Shown one piece after another: positions 9,540-18,270 of a stretch of 29,289 nt of DNA. The first letter of the stretch is position 1; each line of letters starts with the position of its first letter. The DNA comes from PVC group bacterium. GTDB taxonomy: Bacteria; Auribacterota; Erginobacteria; Erginobacterales; Erginobacteraceae. Below the pieces are notes generated by a model. That model made no database searches. It saw only the letters and a list, made by a program, of their open reading frames with translations, and had not been told where the DNA came from. Made by a program: the position numbers and the translations under genes. The DNA lies in assembly GCA_043804695.1 (NCBI GenBank), contig JAZDIV010000085.1:1-29289 (forward strand), given 5' to 3'.

Positions 9540-9857
9540 TTAAAACACTAACCCTGCCACAAAGGTAATCAGGATCAAATAACCTATATACAATACAGTA
9601 ATAATAACTGTTTGTAAGATGGTAGTGTAACAAGTCCCCCAGATTACAAATCCGGTAAAGAGGGCGATGGGAATCAATATTGCAGCGGCTAAGTCTTCCC
9701 CCCAGAAATAGCCTATAGCGAATATGCACAGGCTGATTAAGATCGAGATGAAAAAGGTCTTATAAAATCTGTATTCCGCATTTCGCCTGGCCACAAGATA
9801 CAGGATCAGACTCAACACAAAAGGTGAAAGATAGTAACTGATCAAGGAACTGAACAT
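9540..9857 (-). CDS. Small integral membrane protein (about 4 TM)
   Basis: 105-aa strongly hydrophobic ORF, co-oriented with the block. Confidence 0.7.
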   Translation of the reverse strand: MFSSLISYYLSPFVLSLILYLVARRNAEYRFYKTFFISILISLCIFAIGYFWGEDLAAAILIPIALFTGFVIWGTCYTTILQTVIITVLYIGYLILITFVAGLVF

Positions 9858-10140
9858 GTTGCTTAGGGGTTATTGTCTCCATCGTCTTGATAGCTGATAC
9901 AGAGCCATCAGGCCCAACGAAATCTTACTCCCCTTTTCTACTCTCTTCAAGGTAAATCCCCGGTCACATTGAGGTGGGGTGGATGGGCCTACTCCATTGA
10001 AAGACCTTGATACGGCTTACCTTATATGTTATACTTTTTTTCTCAAGCAGACCGGAACCGGATAGGTGGGCAAAGATACGGTGCTTGGCAGCTTCGTGGG
10101 ATTCTGAGGTCAGGGGGGGTCGTGTGTGAGGGCTCCGCTA

Positions 10141-10188
10141 TTAGCATATGAACTCATTCACCCGTCACATAAAGTGATGGGGGTTTTA
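10141..10188. repeat. IS200/IS605-end-like hairpin repeat, copy A
   Basis: TTAGCATATGAACTCATTCA-CCCGTCAC-ATAAA-GTGATGGG-GGTTTT, homologous to the copies at 17960 and 18031. Confidence 0.7.
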
Positions 10189-10242
10189 GAGCAGGGGCTG
10201 GTATGACAAACCTCTCATGCAGCTCACATGAGGGGAATTTTG

Positions 10243-10271
10243 TTGTCTATAATCGGGTGGGCTATTATATT
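10243..10271 (+). promoter_or_regulatory. Sigma70-type promoter for tRNA-Arg
   Basis: TTGTCT-17 bp-TATATT about 30 nt upstream of the tRNA. Confidence 0.6.
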
Positions 10272-10300
10272 GAATTCACATTTTCCGGAGGAAAATGTGA

Positions 10301-10374
10301 GCCCCTGTAGCTCAGGAGGATAGAGCACCGGTTTCCTAAACCGGGTGTCGGCCGTTCGAATCGGCCCAGGGGTA
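10301..10374 (+). tRNA. tRNA-Arg (anticodon CCT)
   Basis: Cloverleaf: acceptor GCCCCTG/CAGGGGT, D-arm GCTC/GAGC, anticodon arm CCGGT-TTCCTAA-ACCGG, T-arm GGCCG-TTCGAAT-CGGCC. CCA is not encoded. Confidence 0.96.
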
Positions 10375-10378
10375 TATT

Positions 10379-11050
10379 TTATTCCGGGCTCTTGAGAACC
10401 CGGAATAAAATAGTGCCCGAGATCAGCAGCCAGCAGAGAACGGCCGCTCCCAGGGCGGAGGCGGGGAGGAAGAGCCGGTCGGCCGGTGATATCTGAAAAC
10501 CCCGCAACACCCCGTACACCCCCAGCGACAGGAGCGCCCCCACCACGCTCGCTTCTCCCCAGGGTATTCTTCCGGCCGGGACGGACGTTTTCGGACGGCG
10601 GATGAAAATCAAGGCAAAGAGGGTCTGGACGATGATGACAGCGGCAGCCGCCAGAACCAGTATATACATCTCCTGGAAGAACGACGCCGGCGCGGGCGGC
10701 CGGACGGCCTTCCCGAGGAGAAGCAGCCGGGGATAGATCAGCTCGGCCAGCCGAAAGTACACGGGATAGAGGAGGAGCGGAAGGAGCAGGAAGATCAGCC
10801 CCGGGATTACTTTCAGAAGGCGCACGGGCGACGGGGGAAAGGGAAGCAGTGCGGACGGGTACACGCGGTACCGGATCATCCGCGCGTATCCATGGTATGA
10901 ATACCAGACCCGGTTGCTCCCCCAGAGGCGCACGGAAAACCGGTACCGGCCCAGCCGGGAAGAAAATGCCGGATTCTCCTGGCGACGGCCGGGGCTTCTT
11001 CCCGGTCCCCGGTGATAAGAGTACCCGGTTTTTCGATCAGGAAGCTTCAT
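10379..11050 (-). CDS. Hypothetical membrane protein
   Basis: 223-aa ORF with a basic N-terminus and about 4 TM helices; start uncertain. Confidence 0.65.
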   Translation of the reverse strand: MKLPDRKTGYSYHRGPGRSPGRRQENPAFSSRLGRYRFSVRLWGSNRVWYSYHGYARMIRYRVYPSALLPFPPSPVRLLKVIPGLIFLLLPLLLYPVYFRLAELIYPRLLLLGKAVRPPAPASFFQEMYILVLAAAAVIIVQTLFALIFIRRPKTSVPAGRIPWGEASVVGALLSLGVYGVLRGFQISPADRLFLPASALGAAVLCWLLISGTILFRVLKSPE

Positions 11051-11132
11051 TAGATCAGCCCTCTCATTTTCCCAGAACCGGCCATCAGTCTATTACAAGA
11101 GGATTTGATTTCCAACTAAAAAGTCACGGTCA

Positions 11133-11161
11133 ATTAAGTAGCGCCTTCGGCGCTACTTAAT
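11133..11161. repeat. Perfect hairpin ATTAAGTAGCGCC-TTC-GGCGCTACTTAAT
   Basis: 13-bp perfect stem; the core TAGCGCCTTCGGCGCT recurs at 19595-19610. Confidence 0.7.
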
Positions 11162-11291
11162 ATTCAGAAGCAGGAACAGGCATGAAATTTTAATTGACCA
11201 CCCCGGAGCAGGACGGTATGTTAAGAGCCGGTAGAATAGATTAAACGCAAACAATTCAAACCGTTTGAACGGTTTTACAAAGGAGGAAGGA

Positions 11292-11987
11292 ATGAGAAAA
11301 TGGATCTGGTTTTTTTCCCTGATCGCGGCCGTCGCCCTCGCCGGCTGCATCAAGATGGACCAGGACATTACCCTGAACAAGGATGGGTCAGGCAGCGTCA
11401 AGTTCATGTACGGCATGAGCGAACAGACCATCAACCAGATGCAGACCATGTCCGAGATGAACAAGCAGGAAGGGGACGATCAGCCTGAAGACGACAACCC
11501 CTTCGAGTTCAATGAAGAGAAGGTTAAAAAAGAGTTCGCGGCCCTGAAGGACAAGGGGATAACCCTGAAGAGCGTCAAGACCACGACCGAAAACGGCTGG
11601 AAGTACATGCACGTCGAGTTCGATTTCAAGGATATCTCCCAGCTCAACGATGCCGACGTCATGGGAGACAGCCCGATCACGATCGCCAAGGACGCCGCGG
11701 GTAATTACGTCATCACCTCCAAGATGACCGGAGAGGAGATGGGCGCCGGCGACGCCGATGCCGAGCAGATGAAAGCCATGCTCCCGATGCTGGCGGGGAT
11801 GCGGATGGCGTTGAAGGTCACCACCCCGGGCAAGATTATCTCCACCACCGCTCCGATCAAGACTGCCGACTCCGCCCAGTGGGTTTTCGACATCGATAAA
11901 GACCCGGACTCGGTCATGAACATGTCGAAGACCAAGATGGAGATCGTCTTCGACGGCACGGGGTGCACCATCCCGGAAGTCAAATAA
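11292..11987 (+). CDS. Lipoprotein (LppM/DUF3153-like)
   Basis: AGGAGG RBS; lipobox LAGC followed by IKMDQDITLNKDGSG; C-terminal TTPGKIISTTA...QWVFD. Confidence 0.85.
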   Translation: MRKWIWFFSLIAAVALAGCIKMDQDITLNKDGSGSVKFMYGMSEQTINQMQTMSEMNKQEGDDQPEDDNPFEFNEEKVKKEFAALKDKGITLKSVKTTTENGWKYMHVEFDFKDISQLNDADVMGDSPITIAKDAAGNYVITSKMTGEEMGAGDADAEQMKAMLPMLAGMRMALKVTTPGKIISTTAPIKTADSAQWVFDIDKDPDSVMNMSKTKMEIVFDGTGCTIPEVK

Positions 11988-12081
11988 TTATTTTATTTCT
12001 GCGAAATAAAATAAATGCAGTCTGGAATTCATAATTTCCAGGCTTGTCACAAACAAACGTTATTCGACGTCTCGATATACG

Positions 12082-12123
12082 AAAAAAGCAGCCCCCGCCG
12101 TCAGCGGCGAGGGCTGCTTTTTT
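12082..12123. terminator. Bidirectional rho-independent terminator
   Basis: AAAAAAGCAGCCC-CCGCCG-TCAG-CGGCGA-GGGCTGC-TTTTTT. Confidence 0.8.
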
Positions 12124-12159
12124 ATTGAATGAAACAGAGGTTTTTCGGTTAAACACAGT

Positions 12160-13122
12160 ATGAAGAACAACGGCGTCATTTTTCTTATTCTGGCCGGACT
12201 CATCCTCACCGGCTGCGCGTCGGGGCTCCATTTCACGGCCGAGGAACAGCCGGACGGGGGGATACTCTACACCGATAACCCACCCGGCAAAACCGGTACC
12301 GGCAGCCAGGTCGCCAACCTGGTCACGGGGGAAAAGCTCACCTACGACGTGAGCTGGATCGGCATCCCGGTCGGACAGCTCGTCCTGGAGAATCACGGCC
12401 TCGAGGTCATTAACGGCGAAGAAGCATATCATCTGACCTTTGCCACCATCTCCAACGAGTTCCTCTCCAACTTCTTCAAGATCGAGGACACCGTTCACAG
12501 CTGGGTTTCACGGGAGAGCGGCTCTCCCGTTCGTTTCGAAAAAGTGGTCAAGGAAGGGCACTACGGCAGACACGAAGTCATCGAGTACGACCGGGAGAAC
12601 CTGACCGCCACTTACCGGCGGGAGGACAAGAAGGACCGGGAACCGGAGACGATGAGCATTCCCCCCGACGCCCAGGATCTCCTCAGTACTCTCTTCTGGA
12701 TACGGCGCCAGCCGATGGGCCTGGGCAAGCAGCTGAAGCTGAACGTGAACGCCGACCGGAAGAACTGGGATGTCGAGGTGGAGATTATCGAGAAGGGTCT
12801 CTTCGAGACGGAACTGATCGGGAAGGTCAAAGCGTTCGCCATGGTGCCGAGCGCCACTCACAACGGCGCTCCGCTGAAAAAGGGAGACCTCCTGGCCTGG
12901 ATCACGGTGGACCGGCGGCGGATTCCCCTCGCCTTCGAGGTGGAGACCCCGATCTTCGGCAGCGCGGTGGCGCTCCTGAGCGATGCCGTCCTCCCGGAAC
13001 TCCCGGACGACGACACCGAGGCGCCCGAGGAGGAGGAGACACCCGAACACATTTATGGAGCGGGTGACTGGATCAGGGGGCTGACCTGGTCGGTGGAACA
13101 CTCCCCCTCGTTTCCGCGATAA
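12160..13122 (+). CDS. DUF3108 domain lipoprotein
   Basis: Lipobox LTGC; GEKLTYDVSWIGIPVG, FFKIEDTVHSW, QDLLSTLFWIR and WITVDRRRIPL motifs. Confidence 0.85.
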   Translation: MKNNGVIFLILAGLILTGCASGLHFTAEEQPDGGILYTDNPPGKTGTGSQVANLVTGEKLTYDVSWIGIPVGQLVLENHGLEVINGEEAYHLTFATISNEFLSNFFKIEDTVHSWVSRESGSPVRFEKVVKEGHYGRHEVIEYDRENLTATYRREDKKDREPETMSIPPDAQDLLSTLFWIRRQPMGLGKQLKLNVNADRKNWDVEVEIIEKGLFETELIGKVKAFAMVPSATHNGAPLKKGDLLAWITVDRRRIPLAFEVETPIFGSAVALLSDAVLPELPDDDTEAPEEEETPEHIYGAGDWIRGLTWSVEHSPSFPR

Positions 13123-13195
13123 CCCGGAGTATTCATGAAAATTTTCATTTTTCATGAATACTCTACTATAGATACTATCTCCGGCATTGTTCAAA

Positions 13196-13247
13196 ATTAA
13201 CCTGATTCACTCCTGTCTGCCGGCAGACAGGGATGAATCAGGTTAAT
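13196..13247. repeat. Long palindrome with a CCTGTCTGCCGGCAGACAGG core, between convergent genes
   Basis: ATTAACCTGATTCA-C-TCCTGTCTGC-CG-GCAGACAGGG-A-TGAATCAGGTTAAT; overlaps the dodecin stop codon. Confidence 0.75.
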
Positions 13248-13452
13248 CCGCGATCACTTTGAAAGCGACGTTCAGCTTCACCTGGAAGTTGATTACTTTC
13301 CCGTCCTTCACCTTGCCGCCCAGGTTCTTGACCTCGAACCAGGAGATTCCCCGAACCGTCCGGGCGGTTTCGGCGATAGCACCCTTGCTCGCCTCGGCGT
13401 AGCTCACCGGCGAATTCCCGATGATCTCGATGACCTTATACAGGCTCGACAT
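13243..13452 (-). CDS. Dodecin (flavin-binding protein)
   Basis: YKVIEIIGNSPVS...TVRGISWFEV...FQVKLNVAFK; 69 aa; GGAGG RBS. Confidence 0.93.
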   Translation of the reverse strand: MSSLYKVIEIIGNSPVSYAEASKGAIAETARTVRGISWFEVKNLGGKVKDGKVINFQVKLNVAFKVIAD

Positions 13453-13528
13453 CTCAGCCTCCTTTCCCCGACCCGGGGATGATTAATCCGATGTCTGCCT
13501 GTCTGTAAACAGCCAGGCAGACACCGGG

Positions 13529-16477
13529 TTATTCCATTGCCTTTTTCAAAAACTCTTCAAAATCCCAGTCGCCGATCGTGATCTCGACCTCCTCCTCTTT
13601 GCCGGTCTCCCCTCTCACCACCGTGATCTTCGCCGTGGTTCCCGGCTTGCCCAGCAGCCCATTCAGAAACCCTCCCGGATCCTCCAAGAAGGTCTTGCCA
13701 TTGACCTTCTTGATCGCATCACCGGCCCGAAGGCCGCCTTTTTCGGCCGCCGAGCCCGCCAGAACCTCCGCGATCGGCAGAGCGTCCGGGAATACTTCCC
13801 CTTCCACTTCTTTGATCCGTACGCCCAGTGAGGGGATGGTATGCTGCTCCCGGTCACGCTCTTCTTTCTCTTTCGGTGTCATCCGTTCCAGTTCGACACG
13901 AGGAATCTTCTTCTCCTCCCCGGCCGAGAGCAGTATCCCGGGGATTTCTTTCTGCTTATAGTCCTTGGAGTTTACGATCAGCGTATACTCCCCCGCGTCA
14001 AGTCCTTCCAATGTATAGCCGCCTGCTTCGCCGCGATGGCTGTAGGTAGAGGGACTTCGCAAACCCTCTCCTTTCACCCGCACCCAGAATCGCTCGAGCG
14101 GGACACCGGTCAGGCTGTCAACAACCGTACCGGTGATCGTTCCCTCCGGCCGGAGGACAACATCCCCCAGGTCGGTCTCCTCACCCGCTTCAACTTCAAC
14201 TCCTTCAATCTTCCCGGCAGCAAGTCCGGGAGACGTGACGGTCAGGTCGTAGGTGCCGGGTATAATGCCGTCGATCCGGAAAGAGCCTTCCCCCAGCTCG
14301 ACGGGCCGGGAACCGCTCCAGAAAATCGATTGAAAATCAAAGGGATCTGCCTTCCTCTTCCGGGGGATGATCCGTACCTCGGCGACCGGTTTCTTCCCGG
14401 TTGTCAGGAAACGACCTCTGATCGAGCCGGCGTCATTCAATATAACTTCAACCGTATCCTGATCGGCTTCGACCTGCTGACGCCGGGTTTCGGAATACCC
14501 CTCGGCATTCACCGAGACCAGGACGGCACGCGGCGGGAGGTCGCGAAGAACGGCGATTCCCCGCGAATCCGTCCGGATGTCCCCGTCCAGCGAAGAGGTG
14601 ACGATCGTAAACCCCCGGCTCGGTTCCCGGAAGGAGACCGCTGCTCCCTCCACCGCCCCACCCCGGGTGTTTTTGACCGTGACCTGGAGATTGCGTCCTT
14701 TCTGTATCGTAACCGTCACGTCGGCAGACGCTTCATCTTCCGGGAGCGTAAACTTTTCCGACCCCGGGCTGTACCCCTCCTTTGAGACCCTGATCCTGAA
14801 ATCAGCCGCGGGGAGATGATCGAAAAGACATCTTCCCCGGCTGTCGGAGAGCTTCTTTTGTTCCGGGAACCAGATCCGGGTCTCCTTTCGGGGCGACCAG
14901 TCGGTCTTGAGGGAGACCACGGCGCCGACAACCGAACTCCCCTCCTCATCCTTCACTTCCACTGCCAGAGAACCTCCCGTGTTTATCTGTAAGACGATCC
15001 CCTCCATGGTATCGCTCCCCGATGAGAGGGGAACAATCTCTGCTTTGCTTTGAGCATACCCTTCCTTCCGGGCCGCGAGCTTTATCTCGGCTTCTCCCGG
15101 GAGAAAGACATCGACACTGAAGGCGCCCGTTTCATCGGAATGGACGTCACTCCGGTCATTGGATTGAAACCTCTCTTCTCCCGGGGGACGGCAATATTCC
15201 CGGATCTCCGCTTCAGAGACCGATCTTCCCTCTTCATCCACGACCATACCGCTCAACGTCACCCGGCGGCCGGGGTTAAGCTCCAGCTGGATCCCGGTCA
15301 CCTTCTCCCCGGGTGCCAGGCTGATCTCTTTTTCAGCCCGTTTTTTATTATACGGATCGTGCCAGAGCCGGGCGGTCAGCCGGTAGTCACCCTCCGTCAG
15401 CGCCTTAAACTCGAAAGCCCCTTCCTTGCCGGTGCTATGACTTTCTCTGCTCGTTTTATTACGGGGAGAGAGGGTGATGTGAGCGTCTTCCAGGGGAAGC
15501 TTCGTCTTTTCATCTACAACCCGGCCCGATATACCCGCGCCCCGGTAGACGGTTAAAGCAATCGAAACGGCCCGGGCAGCCGGCGAAGCCGGAATGTTCA
15601 CGGCCCAATCGGAGATATAATCCCCGTGCCGGACCCGGAGATTGTAACTGTCTTCCTCCAGATCCGAGACGGAGAAATTACTTTCCGGATCGAGATCAAC
15701 CGATCGGCTGAAGAAGTTCCATTTCCCCTTCTTAAAATCCAGGCGGACGGGGGATCCCAGACCCTCCAGATCGCCCCGGAGCAGGCCCTTGATAACAAAC
15801 CCTTTTCTCAATACCATCAGCAGATTATCCATCCCGGTCACCACATCGTTCCTGGTATCCTTAACATACCCGGCGAGGGAAGCGGTGACTGTATACACTC
15901 CCTCTTGCAATCCTTTCAGATCGAACCAGCCGTCGCTATCGGTTATAAACTTTCGCTTTACTGAATAGAGAAACGGGCCGGTATCCATTCCCGACGACCA
16001 GTAGGTAATCTCAACCCCGGCCAAGGGGCCCCCGTCTCCATCCTCCACCCGGCCGGCAATCCTCTGCCCCGGCTGAAGCTTTATATCCAGTTCCCGAACC
16101 TCTCCTTCCTTCAGTTCGACCTGCCCTATCACCTGTCCTATCCATCCGTCCGCGTACGCCTCCACCCGGTACGGGCCGGGCGGAAGGTCCTTCTCAAAGA
16201 GCGTTTCGGAGTCCGCCTCCAGTTCGATCTCTTCATATCCGCCGCAGGGGGATAACTCTTCACCATCCGGACCTTTAAGTCCAAAGATGGAGACACGGGC
16301 TCCGGAGACCGGTTTCTCCAGGTTGGAGAGAACGCTGACCCGGATCGTCCCCGGAACCGGCGGGGATCCCGCCTTAGGCGATGGTGTGGGAGTGGGAACA
16401 GGGCCGGACAATACGGTTACGGGGATAAGTAACCAGCACAACAAGCAGGCAATACCATAGAAGTAATATTTATTCAT
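13529..16477 (-). CDS. Secreted protein with tandem carboxypeptidase-regulatory-like (CarboxypepD_reg) domains and a C-terminal PDZ domain
   Basis: Signal peptide and PTPTPSP linker; repeated I.GRV.D..G.P..GA.V...TD..G.F...L..G.Y units; PDZ motif LGVRI...GSAAEKGGLRAGDAIKKVNG. Confidence 0.9.
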   Translation of the reverse strand: MNKYYFYGIACLLCWLLIPVTVLSGPVPTPTPSPKAGSPPVPGTIRVSVLSNLEKPVSGARVSIFGLKGPDGEELSPCGGYEEIELEADSETLFEKDLPPGPYRVEAYADGWIGQVIGQVELKEGEVRELDIKLQPGQRIAGRVEDGDGGPLAGVEITYWSSGMDTGPFLYSVKRKFITDSDGWFDLKGLQEGVYTVTASLAGYVKDTRNDVVTGMDNLLMVLRKGFVIKGLLRGDLEGLGSPVRLDFKKGKWNFFSRSVDLDPESNFSVSDLEEDSYNLRVRHGDYISDWAVNIPASPAARAVSIALTVYRGAGISGRVVDEKTKLPLEDAHITLSPRNKTSRESHSTGKEGAFEFKALTEGDYRLTARLWHDPYNKKRAEKEISLAPGEKVTGIQLELNPGRRVTLSGMVVDEEGRSVSEAEIREYCRPPGEERFQSNDRSDVHSDETGAFSVDVFLPGEAEIKLAARKEGYAQSKAEIVPLSSGSDTMEGIVLQINTGGSLAVEVKDEEGSSVVGAVVSLKTDWSPRKETRIWFPEQKKLSDSRGRCLFDHLPAADFRIRVSKEGYSPGSEKFTLPEDEASADVTVTIQKGRNLQVTVKNTRGGAVEGAAVSFREPSRGFTIVTSSLDGDIRTDSRGIAVLRDLPPRAVLVSVNAEGYSETRRQQVEADQDTVEVILNDAGSIRGRFLTTGKKPVAEVRIIPRKRKADPFDFQSIFWSGSRPVELGEGSFRIDGIIPGTYDLTVTSPGLAAGKIEGVEVEAGEETDLGDVVLRPEGTITGTVVDSLTGVPLERFWVRVKGEGLRSPSTYSHRGEAGGYTLEGLDAGEYTLIVNSKDYKQKEIPGILLSAGEEKKIPRVELERMTPKEKEERDREQHTIPSLGVRIKEVEGEVFPDALPIAEVLAGSAAEKGGLRAGDAIKKVNGKTFLEDPGGFLNGLLGKPGTTAKITVVRGETGKEEEVEITIGDWDFEEFLKKAME

Positions 16478-16600
16478 AAGACACTCCCCTATGGTTAAGC
16501 TTTCCCCGATGAATAACCGGTCAATGACGCATTATATGCCATCAAATTAATTTGATCTATGTTATTATTTTTAAATTAGCGACCGAAGTGAGCTAATTTA

Positions 16601-17740
16601 ATGATTGTAACGATCGAACATTGTCCCGGATATTACGATAAAGCCCTGGAGCCGGCGCTGGAACGGGTCCTGGAACCCCTCGGGGGGATGGAGAAGTTCG
16701 TGCGGCCGGGCCAGACGGTACTGCTGAAGCCAAATCTCCTGAGAAGGGCGCGGCCGGAGGAGGCGGTAACCACCCATCCTGCCCTGGTCCGGGCGGTGGC
16801 GGTGCTGGTCAAGCGGGCCGGGGGAAAGGCCGTAATCGGAGACAGCCCGGGGGCGGCCGCCGCCCACACCCGCAACACCCTGGTCAAGCTCTACCGGGCC
16901 TGCGGGATGGACCGGGCGGCGGATGAGACCGGAGTGGAACTGGCCCTCGATACCGGGCACCGGGTCACGGCCCTCCCCCGCGGAAGGATCATAAAGAAAA
17001 GCGAGATCATCCAGCCCGCTCTCGACGCCGACGTCATCATCAACCTGCCCAAGTTCAAGACCCACAGCTTCACCCTCCTGACCGGGGCGGTCAAGAACCT
17101 CTTCGGGCTGGTGCCGGGGCTGCTCAAACCCGCCTACCATGCCCGGTTTCCCGACGTCAACGACTTCTCGTCGATGCTGGTCGATCTGGCGGAGTTTGCC
17201 GCGCCCGCCCTCACTATCACGGACGGGATCTGGGGGATGGAGGGTAACGGGCCGGGGGCAGGGGACCGGAGGGATATGGGCCTGATCGTGGCCGGCGAGG
17301 GCCCGGCGGCGGTGGACGTGGTCCTCTCCCGGATCATGGGGATCGATCCCCTCTCCATCCCCACCACCCGCCAGTGCGTGGAAAGGGGCCTTCTCAACGC
17401 CGACCTCTCCGGCATCGAGGTCCGGGGAGAGGATCTCGCCTCGGTGGTCCAGAAAGGGTTCCGGATCCCGCCCGGGCGGGCGGGGGCGTTCCCGGCCTGG
17501 ACCAAGCCCTTCATGCCGGTCGCCAAGTACCTCCTGAGCACCCGCCCCCGGATCGTCAGGAAGAACTGCGTCGGCTGCGGCGACTGCGTCCGAGTCTGCC
17601 CGGTCAAAACCATCAGCCTCACCGGCGGGAAGGCGGCCATCCATCTCGCGCGCTGCATCCGCTGCTACTGCTGCCACGAGACCTGCGTCCACCGCGCCAT
17701 CGATCTGGTCAAGCCCCTCTTCCAGCGGATCTTCGTTTAA
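16601..17740 (+). CDS. DUF362 domain protein with a C-terminal 2x[4Fe-4S] ferredoxin domain
   Basis: VLLKPN, TTHP, INLPKFKTH, GMEGNGP motifs; CVGCGDCVRVCP and CIRCYCCHETC. Confidence 0.92.
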   Translation: MIVTIEHCPGYYDKALEPALERVLEPLGGMEKFVRPGQTVLLKPNLLRRARPEEAVTTHPALVRAVAVLVKRAGGKAVIGDSPGAAAAHTRNTLVKLYRACGMDRAADETGVELALDTGHRVTALPRGRIIKKSEIIQPALDADVIINLPKFKTHSFTLLTGAVKNLFGLVPGLLKPAYHARFPDVNDFSSMLVDLAEFAAPALTITDGIWGMEGNGPGAGDRRDMGLIVAGEGPAAVDVVLSRIMGIDPLSIPTTRQCVERGLLNADLSGIEVRGEDLASVVQKGFRIPPGRAGAFPAWTKPFMPVAKYLLSTRPRIVRKNCVGCGDCVRVCPVKTISLTGGKAAIHLARCIRCYCCHETCVHRAIDLVKPLFQRIFV

Positions 17741-17959
17741 TTTTCCCTGCGGAAAAATTAATGGGTATTTCTTCTTCCTTTCCCGATTAAGTTAACCATT
17801 GAAAACAATCCATAATCTTATTAGACATTTTATTTCGATCGAAAAATTATGTCTAATGTATTCATGTTTACTTGTACCCAGGGGCCTCGATCCCCCGGCA
17901 ATAATAGTGAGGATAGAGTCACCCGCGCGGGTTGGGGGGGAAATAATGGTTTACTACCG

Positions 17960-18077
17960 TTAGCCGATGAACTCATTCACCCACGGCTCAAGGCCGTGGG
18001 GGTCTCAGGTGTACAGTAAGCGGAAGGCCGGTAGCCGGTGAACTGATTCACCCGTCACACAAGGTGACGGGGGTCTT
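17960..18077. repeat. Two tandem IS200/IS605-end-like hairpin repeats (copies B and C, 71-bp period)
   Basis: TAGCCGATGAACTCATTCA-CCCACGGC-TCAAG-GCCGTGGG-GGTCT and TAGCCGGTGAACTGATTCA-CCCGTCAC-ACAAG-GTGACGGG-GGTCT. Confidence 0.75.
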
Positions 18078-18079
18078 TC

Positions 18080-18181
18080 AACATCAAACATCGGACATCG
18101 AACGATCTGTAGGGGCGAACCCCCGTGTTCGCCCGGATGTTGCAAAAATGAACATCGAACGTTCAACGCTCAACGTCGAAC
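18080..18181 (+). repeat. Degenerate 7-bp tandem repeat (AACATCG-type) interrupted by a GTAG-type REP (18109-18134)
   Basis: AACATCA AACATCG GACATCG ... AACATCG AACGTTC AACGCTC AACGTCG; REP GTAG-GGGCGAAC-CCCCGT-GTTCGCCC. Confidence 0.75.
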
Positions 18182-18225
18182 AAATGGACTATACAAAGGG
18201 CAGGGTTGGGGGACAATCCTCTTCC

Positions 18226-18245
18226 ATCACATTCAATCGTCTGTT
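18226..18245 (-). repeat. 20-bp dispersed repeat AACAGACGATTGAATGTGAT, copy 1
   Basis: Exact match to 22940-22959 (+) and 23160-23179 (-). Confidence 0.9.
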
Positions 18246-18270
18246 CTTTTAAAGGGGCCGCGGTGTGGTG

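Noticed and set aside
700..10050. Integron cassette array
   Set aside because: No intI gene, and no RYYYAAC...GTTRRRY attC-like hairpins were found after the stop codons by eye.
781..10052. Weak direct repeat at the block ends (781-808 vs 10024-10052, T-run plus CA(G/A)GCAGAC)
   Set aside because: Low-complexity, gapped and AT-rich; cannot be distinguished from chance by eye.
10301..10374. tRNA-Arg as the integration site of the AT-rich block
   Set aside because: The block lies 5' of the tRNA; no duplicated tRNA segment or integrase was seen.
17960..18077. CRISPR array
   Set aside because: Only two adjacent units, the stems differ in sequence, and there are no cas genes.
18064..18252. Shared peptide ITFNRLF in three ORFs
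   Set aside because: It is merely the translation of the 20-bp DNA repeat in spurious frames.
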